NCBI GenBank assembly: GCA_903813345.2
Contig: CAIIXF020000001.1
Coordinates: 38,440,001-38,504,000, forward strand
DNA: 64,000 nt
Direction of reading: 5' to 3'
Source: Owenia fusiformis
Lineage: Eukaryota
Below are positions 13,801 through 25,800 of the stretch, piece after piece. The notes under the pieces were generated by a model, which was not told the DNA's origin, searched no databases, and worked only from the letters and a program-made list of their open reading frames with translations. Made by a program: the position numbers and the translations under genes. Position 1 is the first letter of the stretch, and each line of letters begins with the position of its first letter.

Positions 13801-16800
13801 AATTAATTGTAAATATGCTTACATTGACGTTTTGAAAAAAAAATCGAATGAAAATATTTACGTTTTTTGGCCCCTTGTAATGAGAGGCATATAACCCAAA
13901 GGACCGACGTTTTTTCAGCAAACGGTATCTTTAAAGAATAAAGACATATGGACCTCCTTAGATATTGGTTCAAATGTTGCTGCACTATATTGTCTTACGG
14001 ATTCTTCATATTCCGGAGTCATACCATGGACTATGACAGATGTTTATCCTCACTGACCTTCCTTGACCACATATCCTTGAACAACTCTTTGTAGACGAGC
14101 GTTCTTTTTCGTATTAGTTACACGTAACACATCAACACAAAGCACGTAACTTTATTGAAGAACATTGTACTATATATTGCAGATTGGTTTAGTTTTAACC
14201 CTGTTTAATTTTCCGTTGATACATTCTGATTTAGGGAGCAATTACCACGCGTGGGTCTCATATTTGTGCAAACATAAAAAAAGGTATTTTAAAAATGATG
14301 CATTTCTAAATGGAGTTGTATTCATAAAAAACAAGGTTGTTTTTATTGTTTCATTCTGACACATGTAGGGCTCCTTTAAATCATAAAAACCGTCATTCTT
14401 TTTCTGAAATATTTTCTGAACGGGACGACATCACAATTTACATGACAATGAATTAGGTTACTTGTTGAGATATTGCCTGATAAATCACATTAAACGATAG
14501 AAAGGTCATCCAAAGCCAAATGATCTTGTTTAAGCTGAATAATCTGAACAACTTACCACTACAGGTTCTTTCATCACTATTTAAAAGATAGCCAGGCTTA
14601 CATCTGCACCTACCCCTCCCGGCGATATTGTCACAGATCTGTTCACACCCGCCATTGTTCAATGAACAGTCGTCAACATCTTCAACACAACAATGTTGAT
14701 GAATATCATTGTTATACTGATAAACATGTGACATATGTATAGTGATATAGGATAGTTTCTCATAAAGGACAATATACTATTGTCTCATAATCGAAAATGT
14801 CATTGTTGCTTACCATCACAACTCTTTCCGTCGACGTTTAAAGAGAATCCATTAGGGCATTTACAACTATACGAAGAAAGGCTATTTACGCACTTGTGTT
14901 CACATCCCCCATTGCGATCCAAGCATTCATTGATATCTGTAATTCAATTGTACTCGTCTGTCAAAACATCAAAACCAGTACCCTCGAGCTGATTAAAAGC
15001 TTAACCTCATATGATGCTGAACTGATGTATTACATTAAACATAACAATAAAAGAGAGATTTAACTTATAAGTGAAAGCACAACATACGCATTATACTATT
15101 CTTATACTAATAGCCATATTCTATAACCCTACTATCACACCAAACTAGTTCTCACTACGTTCTCCAAAACGGGCTTCAACTGTGTACGAACGGGCTGGAC
15201 GTACTAAGAACCGTTTGGGATCTATTTACAAACTTCATCGAACGTACTCGAACGGGTAGGTCCTCTAGAACTTAGACAATGTTCTCGTGGTCGTCACGTT
15301 CTACAATTAGAACGAGTGACAACGTACTAACGACGAGCTGGACGTACTACGAACGGAACCGTCGTACTTCAATCCTACTAGGGACGTTTTAACAACGAGT
15401 TGAACTGTCTGAGGACGTGTTGAGAACGAGGTAGAACTCATTGCAAACGGGTTTAAACTGATTAAGAACGTATTTAACACTGCTTATGAACGAGTTAGCA
15501 AAAATATAGCTATCACACCAAACAAGTTGCCACTGCGTTCTGCAAAACTGGTTCTAAACTATGTGCGAACGGAATGAACGTAGCTGCAACTTTCTAAGGT
15601 CTATTTACGAACTTTATGAACGTTCTCAGACGGGAATGTGATTTTAGAATTTTGAATCGATTCAAAATTCGATTGCGACCATACCGTTCTGTTATCAGGT
15701 CATGATGACCTTCTAGACTAAGGGACGCGTTCTACGGCGTTGCACACCGACGTGGTGCGACCTGAACGAACTGCGAACGAGATGGACGTATTGAAGACTG
15801 TTTAAGAACGAAGAAGCTAATTATTTCAGACATATTTCCCGACCACAGCCAGATTGAGCCCGTTTTACGACGTTTTCGTAGGACTGGCAAGAACGGGTAA
15901 GAACGAGTTTGGTGTGATAGGGGGGTTAGTAAATTGAAAATTTGCGTCTCGCAAAAATGTGTACTTATAAGTACAGAAATATATATTATTTCATCGATCA
16001 ATTCTAATGTGTGTTTTTTCACCTAGAATGAATTATATTTTCCTCCAATTTTCGTGTTGTGATATGGTGGATCAGTAATAGTAATGGTGATAGTAATATG
16101 ACTTCATGTCAAGTATCACCACGATTTGCAACAAATGGGTATGCCTAAACGTAAGTTGTTGCAAACCTATGGACGCAGTGTATTTCATCATGGGCGTTTA
16201 ATTATCTTGTTGAAAGCCCATGATTTCATTTATTATTGTTAGTTTTTGAGATGTTGAATGAATTACCGATGCATTGTTTGTTGTTTCTAGCGATCATCAG
16301 CCCAGGAGGGCATTCACAAGAAAATGAGCCTCGCCTGTTGACGCACATATTGGAGCAGCCACCATTTGCAAATAAGCACTCATCCACATCTGTAAAAGAA
16401 CAAGCGCTAACAGTCTAACGATGAGGACAGGGAGATTTGTTTTTAGTCTACATGTAATATCAATATAAAAGCACGTATATTTTCTTCATATAGAACAAAC
16501 AATATAATTTTGTAACGAATTATATTTAAAGCTAACCCCCCCCCTATCACACCAAACTAGTTCTTACCCGTTCTTGCCAGTCCTACGAAAACGTCGTAAA
16601 ACGGGCTCAATCTGGCTGTGGTCGGGAAATATGTTTAAAATAATTAGCTACTTCGTTCATAAACAGTCTCCGATACGTCCATCTCATTCGCAGTTCGTTC
16701 AGGTCGCACCACGTCGGTGTGCAACGTCGTATAACTCCCTTAGTCTAGAAGGTCATCATGACCTGATTACAGAACGGTATGGTCGCCATCGAATGTTGAA

Positions 16801-19800
16801 TCGATTCAAAATTCTAAATCACATTCCCCGTCCGGGAAAGTCCATGAAGTTCGTAAACAGACCGTAGAACGTTGTAGCTCCGTTCATTCCGTTCGCACAC
16901 AGTTTAAAACCAGTTTTGAAGAACGCAGTGGCAACTTGTTTGGTGTGATAGCTATATTTTTGCTAACTCGTTCATAAGCAGTCTTAAATACGTTCTTAAT
17001 CAGTTTAAATCCGTTTGCAATTAGTTCTACCTCGTTCTCAATACGTCCTAAAACAGTGCAACTCGTTGTTAAAACGTCCCTAGTAGGATTGAAGTACGAC
17101 GATTCCGTTCGTTATACGTCCAGCTCGTCGTTAGTACGTTGTCACTCGTTCTTATTGTAGAACGTATCGACCACGAGGACATTTTGAGCATGTTCTAAGT
17201 TCTAGAGGACCTACCCGTTCGAGTACGTTCGATGAAGTTTGTAAAAAGACCCAAAACGGTTTTAAGTACGTCCTGTCCGTTCGTTCACAGTTGAAGCCCG
17301 TTTTCGAGAACGTAGTGAAAACTAGTTAGGTGTGATAGTAGGGTAAGTTTACACCAACGGCGCTTTGATGGCGCTTTAAAGCGCCATTAAAGCGTCGTTG
17401 GTGTGAACTTAGCTTAGTAAAAACATATCCTTTTACCATCACAATGCTTTGCGTCAGCGTTGATATGATAACCTGGTTTGCAAACACAATAGTAACTTCC
17501 TGCAGTGTTCACACACGATTGCTCACATTCTCCATTGTGGTAGAGACACTCGTTTATATCTGAAAATAGTCTGTTTTTATGTAAAAGATACCTATCTTGG
17601 TATGTCCGCAAAACAATTTATCCATATCTAGTCTCCCCTCCCCCATTTTTGATATTTCCTTTCTCCAATTTAAATCTAGGAAAGGTATTTACACACGGTT
17701 TTTTGTTCTAAAAAGGTAAATCCTACATACTTCTATCACATTTATTACCCCTTCCTGTCCATCATTAAGTAAAAATACACCAAAAACACCAAAAACCTTA
17801 CCATCACAAGTGGCACTGTTTTTTCCAAGAGAATAGCCACTCTCGCAACCACATTCAAACGATCCGGGGAGGTTTGTACAGGCATGAGCACATCCTCCAT
17901 TGTTCACAGAGCACTCGTTGACATCTTTTATCAGAATAAATTCTTCATTAGCACACGTGAAATCTTCTCCCAAAATGTATCATTTTAAGTGACCCAAAAA
18001 CAGAAGTTATCCAGGATCATAATTGTTTACATAAAGATACATTTGCAATTTTAGCTTCAAATAAACTTTAATTGATTACCATCACATGTTCTCGAGTCTG
18101 GGTTGAGTTGAAAACCACCTTCACACTCACAATGGTAAGAACCAGCCGTGTTGATACACCTATTATCACAAGGTATTGTGTTACATATGGTAGTTAAGTC
18201 ATATTGCGTATGGTCAATACAAAAGTGTACCACATACATCATAGACGCCTAACAACAACGACCTGCAACCGCCGACGATGAACGTCGGTTTTAAAAATGG
18301 TGTTTTTAACAAAACTCCATATTTTGGCAGTGACATAAAATATGAAAGTGAAAAAATAATTCCAACAAAGCTATAGTTTGGATTATTAAGCAATTAATAA
18401 ATGATATACAGTACATGCAATCATTTGATATCATGAAATATGGAAGTTAAGATCATATAGCTGGTGAGCTCTGGTGTAATTGCAACACAATCATTCCTGA
18501 GTAAAGACAATTAATGATACTATACCTAATACCCACTTAACGACACTGGACAAACCCCTGTAATATAACTTGCCTGCCAGCGCATTCTGTTTTTTCATTC
18601 TGGCACTCGTTATAGTCGATGCAGTTACGTCGCCCAACGTCCAACTCAAAGCCTTTGGGACACTCGCAATAGAACGATCCAGGAGCGTTGACGCACCTAA
18701 AGCTACACCCTCCATTATATTCGCTACACTCATTCTTGTCTGAAATACATGTATGTCAACGTAATAAAAGATGGCAAAGGTAATACTGCAGATAGATTCC
18801 TTAAAATGGTCATATATTGCGAGACTGAAGTTGTTGAACAATGTTAATTTTATTAAATTTAGTGTTGAACATAAGACCTCGGTTGCTCACCATACTATAT
18901 TTGCGTGAACCTACCTACACACGACCTGCCATCAAATGACAGCTGGTAACCTGGCAAACATCCACAGAAAAAAGACCCAGGGACATTTATGCATTGTAAA
19001 GCACATCCTCCATTATAGATTAGACACTCGTCGACATCTAGGTAAAACATATGTTAAGGGATTTAAGCCCATGGCTCAATGAATTGTGGATGGTTTAAAT
19101 TACCAATGTCTTGTTTCAATATTTTGAATGAGAGCGGTAGCCCGAATCCGAGGGCTATAGTATACAAATAGTGACTGCCATTGAGGGCAGTAGTGTAAAT
19201 TATTTCCCCGAGGGAATATCCTCTACAATGTACTATTCCCGAAGCCGCAGGCTGAGGGAATATCCTCTACAATGTACTATTCCCGAAGCCGCAGGCTGAG
19301 GGAATAGTACATTGTAGAGGATATTCCCAAGGGAAAATCATTTACACTATTGCTCGAAATTAGGCAGTCACTATTTGTTTTATTATATACCCTATACTGA
19401 CTCTTGTCCCGTTTCCTCTGCGAAGGCCAAAAAGGCTTAGAAAGCCCCCGTCCCCGGGTCCATTGTTAGCATTATAAGCTGTGACGTCATCAGATGCTCA
19501 ACAGAAATTTTTGCCTCTGAGACTCTCACTTGACAAATTCAATCGCGTTTAACACGCGGAATAGATCATCATAACACTTGAAATTACACAGACGTATTGA
19601 GCTTAGGGAACTTTATACACGTTGCTTATATTGTATCGTTCACGCACGTCTGTCATGGTGAACGGAGTTGATTTGTGTTTGTGCTCATCCTCCTTCTGTT
19701 TTTCGTCTGCGCAGTGATGATGCGCAGACGTTTCCAAGGGTAATAGAACTTGCAATTGTGACGTCAGCAGGGGCGTAGGAAGGTGTAAATGCAACACTAC

Positions 19801-22800
19801 GCCAAAAATCCCGCCAAAAAAATATGAAACAATTGTGTCAATATTCTATATCAAAACGCCTATTTTATGCTTGTAAAACGTCATTTTATGGTAACCGATT
19901 TTAAGCTTGCAATGTTTTTCACAACCTAAATGTGAACGGAAATACTTAAGCGATGCATTAATATGGGCGATTGGTCATACGTATAGGTTGGCGTTTCGAT
20001 TTTATATGCAAGCTTTAAATCCCTGATACCTTTTTAATGTGCTTTAAAATGTTCGAATGATTTTCATCATTTAAAATCACCTTGGAAAGCCTATCTTTTA
20101 AATCTCGACACAAATCATTCTCACTTTGCAAATGTCTCGAACGATTGAGACAACCAATTTCCAAAAAACAATTAGAGATTTTTTAATCATTTTCGAATAA
20201 TTGAATTAAGATATATAGTATTGTCTGATTCCATCGTGTACCGTGCAATACAATACGTACAAATTAAAGAAACTAGTTTGATCAATTGATATAAAGAAAC
20301 GCATTCGTGATCAATAAAACAAATAAACACACCCACCACAAAGGTCAAATCGAGGTCAACGTGACTTAGGGGGTGCCAAAAATGTTATAAAACAAGAATC
20401 TATTATTTTTCAAATGAAAAAAAATAGGTAATCGCTTTTCTAGAACTGAAATCAATGGAACGTGTAATTGAATAATCAGCATTTTCACGTTGTTTTTGTC
20501 TTTAACATCCATATTTCAAAAAGTACTACCAATAACAATTAGTGATTTAGTAAGAAAATAGATACTTGTTGACTTAACTATAATTTCGTGTCTTATGATT
20601 TTGTATAGCAACGGAATATAAATCGATAGTGAAATTGAAAAATTTGGGTAGGGGAGAATAAAAAATGTACATCTAAATTTAAAGAGGTTCATCATTATAA
20701 TTATATGATACCATAGTTTGCATAAGCATTACGGAAAATGCAGAAAAAATGTCAAAGTATTCATCAAGTATTTTTTGAAAAAAAACTGTTTTCCTCTCAA
20801 ATTCGTGAAGAGAACGCGATTCACGAATATTTGGCAAAATTGTATTCATAAGACATTCAATAGTGGCTCGATTTTCATGAAATAAAGCATGTTGGTAAGA
20901 GAATTCAATCTGTTAAATGATATTTTCCAGACAGACCAATAATGATATGGTATCCACAAAACATTTCTTTAGGCTAGTGTGCTCGAGATTATGAACACTG
21001 ATGAGAAAATATGACTAAAGAACATAGGAAAATTCTTTTTTATTCTCACTTTTCAACACTACGCACTGGCGTTTTGGCGTACATTGTTCCTACGCCACTG
21101 GTCAGCGGGCAATAGTTCAAATGTATATTCCCGCTGACGTCACATTTGAGGGAATATAACTTTCCGAGGGAAATAGTAAATCTATTTCGGAACACGTGAC
21201 TAGGTATTGACCAATCAGGATTAGTGTTACATATTGGGTATATAATAATTATAGGATATCCTATGATTTTGAGGAATATCATTTTTATCTACGAGGTGAT
21301 ATTGATATTTGCACGAGAGAGCGAAGCGAACGAGTGCATATATCAATATCACAGAGTAGATTAAAATGATATTCTGAAAAAAATCATAGGATGTTCTTAT
21401 TATCCTACACTTACAAGGAGTGTACTGAATGTATAATATCATTGTAAAATGATATTTCATGCCAAATAGAGTCAATTTGGCGGGAAATCAACAAGCGGAG
21501 TATATCGTCACAATATCCTCCGCATATTGGGTTTTCCGGAGTATATCGTCACGATATCCTCCGCCCGGAGTATATCGTTACGATATCCTCCGGATATTCA
21601 TTTTGCCAATAAATATCAAATTTATTTTTTCATGTTATTATACATTTAGTACACTAAGTGTAGGATAATACAGAATATCCATTTGTGCATTAACCACACC
21701 TAATTCATGTGCTTAAACTCACACATTTTCACACATTGTAAAAATATTTTGTATACTGATAAGTAAAAAGAAAAAAAATTACGGAATTATACTTCGCACA
21801 TTATTGCATGACTAAAACCCTTCCAATGGCCTTTGTGAATCAGATTACTAAATTGACTCTTGTTTACCTACGTACAACTTAGCACTTATCATAGTGTGTG
21901 CATTGGACAGATTTAAGATTATAGGATATCATAAGGAATATAATTGGTGAAACATTATTGGACAATGAAAGAGCTGTGGAGAACATATCTCCTTCTCTAC
22001 TCCTAAGGACGCGCATGCGCATTTGACAATACAATATAACGTGTCGTAAAGACGACAAAATGATGTGATGGACAAACCTCGACATGTCTTTCCATCACTA
22101 TTAAGTGTGAATCCCTCATTACAAGTACACGTGACCTTCCCATCTACGTAACGACAATTGTGTTCGCAAGGCTTGTCACGTCCTTTACAGAAGCCATCCA
22201 CTATCGCATATTCTGAAATAGCGAAATATTCATTGTGGTCATTCAACCTATTACTTTTCAGCATGTATGGTATTTTCCGTCCGCATTCATACCCCGTGAT
22301 AATCACGCCTCTTCTTATTACTCAACTCCGACCACTGAAAGGGTTCTGGTAATTCATATCAGATTGGCATTTGTAATGAACGCATTAGTTTCTATTGTTA
22401 TTTATAACATTCCATTCCATTTATATGGTTACTTGTGTCATAACTAGTACGAAACAATGTCTTAATATGTTTTTACGGAAATCCCCCAGGTATGTAAATG
22501 CTTAGAAGTATTGTTTGTGAGAAAAGTTGCAAATGTAATGCCCCATTTCAATGCTTTCTCTTTGAATAATAAAACTTTTTTCAACATTGATTTATATACG
22601 CGATCGCTGTTGAAGCAAGGTCATCAGTATGTGCTGACTTTAAATCCCAAATACCATGGTCTAAAAAACAAAATAAAATGAACTTTTGGAAGTGTTGGTG
22701 GTACGTTCACCATCGTAAAGTGTAGCCGTCATAAGGCGAGGTAGCGCATAGCATAAATACAATCTAAACCGAGTAAAACGGTTTTAGTACATCTTTAAGA

Positions 22801-25800
22801 TCACTTTGGTATAAAGGTACAAGATCTGAGTAAAAAACCTAAAATATCTTTAGTTTACATTTATGGTCATCTATTGAACGGCTCACACATTCAATACAAT
22901 ACAATACTTGTACAATACAATACAATACAATACAATATTCTACTCTCGTCGAATTTAAACTGGGTGTTTATTCAATGGGATAATTACAACAACAATTTGA
23001 AATGCCTTCTCATTCACATAAACGAGATATAGTTAGGCATCATGTACAGAATAGTATATTAATTTTATTGGTATTACTTTTATCCAACGAGTTGATATCA
23101 GATATCAATATACGAGTGAGCGAAGTGAATAATATCAGATATACCACTAGATGCTTTTGTACGGATAACACAATAATACGATAAATAGGATTATCCTACA
23201 CTTAGTGTACTAAATGTATAATAACATGAAAAAATAAATTTGATATTTATTGGCAAAATGAATATCCGGAGGATATCGTTACGATATACTCCGGGCGGAG
23301 GATATCGTGACGATATCCTCCGGAAAACCCAATATACGGAGGATATTGTGACGATATACTCCGCTAGTTGATTTCCCGCCAAACTGACTCTATTTGGCAT
23401 GAAATTCATTTTACAATGATATTATACATTCAGTACACTCCTTGTAAGTGTAGGATAATAAGAACATCCTATGATTTTTTTCAGAATATCATTTTAATCT
23501 ACTCGGTGATATTGATATATGCACTCGTTCGCTTCGCTCTCTCGTGCAGATATCAATTTCACCTCGTAGATAAAAATGATATTCCTCAAAATCATAGGAT
23601 ATCCTATAATTATCCTACACGTAAATGTATAATAACATTTTAAAAAATTGATATTTATTGGCAAAATGAATAACTGGAGGATATCACCACGATATACACG
23701 GGAAAACAAAAATGCGGACGATATCGCCACGATATACTCCGGAAACTAATATGCGGAGGATATCGCCACGATATACTCCGGAAAACCAATATGCGGAGGA
23801 TATTGTGACGAAATGATATGTTTTTATACATTTACATGTAGTACACTAAAATGTAGGATAATAAGAACATACTATGATTTTTTCAAAATATCATTTTCAT
23901 CTACTCTGTGATATTGATATCTGTACATGTCGCTTTGCTCTCTCGCTCACCTCGGAGATAAAAATGATATTCCTCAAAATCATAGGATATCCTATAAAAG
24001 ATATTTACCACTCGTAGTAGCAACAGGGACTTTGTCTGTTGACGAGGCGACTGTTGTAGGTTGTGTCGGTGGTTGAATTGGTTGAGATTTTGTTGTTCTA
24101 TAAGTTGTGGTTGGGGTAGTTGTTTGCCTGGTTGGGGGGAGTGTTGTGCGCCTCGTTATTGGACGTGGTGTTGTCAACTGACCAGTCTGATTCATATGGA
24201 TGAGATTGACGTTACAATAGTTGGATTCACAGAAGCACCATATAGTTGATTTCCCACCCCATCCTGTATGTTTTTGCTCCCTACAGCCATTGTACGAGAA
24301 ATCTACGCCAGGCCAAAATGTGAAGTCCATGCAGCCCCTATACAAAACTGAAATATGCGACAAAATTAATTTGACGAAGATGGGAGAATGTTTTTAATTA
24401 GAAAATGAAAGTATGTTGTTTTTCTTAGCTTCTAATTTTCTTTATTAATCCTTTTTTGTTTCGTATCAGTGTTTAATTGCATGAGACATTGTAAACAAGT
24501 CGTGAGTCCCGTGAGATTTAGAAGCTAAATCGTCACGTGTAAAATCGAGTTGGCATGTAAAGGCGTTTGCAATGTAATGTGATTACTCTATGGCCTCTAA
24601 TAGTAGCCTCCAACGTTTGAATCTCATATCCTATCATCCTATCTTTACGAGAGATGTGGCTAAGTTATATTATAACATTATTCAGAGAGTTTTCCCAGTG
24701 TGTTGTACATACGTACATTAACTTGATTCTCATAATTTCCTAGTGTTACCCAAATCAAATTGAAAATAGCGAAACTCTATTATTTAGTATCGTACATGTA
24801 CGTGCTGCTTGAATAAACATGCCATCTATCTAACATTAATGAACATATACCATTATTTGGATCCATTCTGATGAAGCACTTCCCCCGTGACTTTGGTTTA
24901 CATTTTCCAACCGTGTCCTCACTGATTAGTCTTTTGCAGAGATCGGGGTCCGCAGTTAGCTTATCTGTACAGTCGTAGCACTCCAAACCTGCCAACGATT
25001 ATTATCATCATCGTAGTCCTGTACTCAATGTGGCATCTCATTTAATCATTATAGACAAGAGATGTATTATTGATCGTTCCCCATATATCTAGGGTAGTAT
25101 AGAAGCTGAGTTGTTCCCTCTTCAAAAGAGGAAAGATGACCTTATAAGGTCAAAATATTTCCCAAATTTCGAAAAATGTGACTCAAGCTTTAACACACAC
25201 ATGATTGCAAAAAAAATTCTGACCAGGATACAAAAAGCAAATGTTAAGCATTCCCGAAGATATTTTGAAATGTCGATTTTAGCTAGGAATGTGCTGACCT
25301 ATTAAAACATTTGACACATTGATAATGCTATATCGTGCTCTGGAGTATTACATATCCAAAATATCTATAGACTATATATTTTGATAATTTATTCAGATGT
25401 CAAATACAATTATATTTGTTGCGGAGTTGAAGACCACAGGGTACGTACCAGATTAAGCGCAACAGTTGATTTGTTGTACCTTACCGTTAAATGAAAACAT
25501 ATGTTTGCTACACATTTCATCACCCTCGTGTTTACCGTACCCCGCGCGTTCAACTGTCACTCTTAATTTGGTACGTACCCTATGAAGACACTGTTTTGGG
25601 AAATACTTTCTTATTATTTTCATTCAGTTGATTATGTTAGGGCAATGAATTTGGCGTTTTGCATATATGTTATTTCGACAAAAAATTCGTCAGGTAACAA
25701 AAGTGGTGCCTTATGTGAAAACTTAAATCTGCTACATGTACTGCTTCGCTTGTAATTTGATCTATTTGTAGGTGTAAATCGAGAAAAAACAAAATTCCTA

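Noticed and set aside
14058..14125. Possible extra exon ending AAG|gtcagt
   Set aside because: No clear acceptor and no domain content; not needed for the gene model.
15732..16867. Duplicated ORFs containing [17 protein letters not shown]
   Set aside because: Incidental frames within the two copies of a non-coding MITE.
18160..18242. Longer exon 7 (...[11 protein letters not shown]) suggested by the ORF track
   Set aside because: No phase-compatible acceptor; the GC-AG model gives a canonical EGF.
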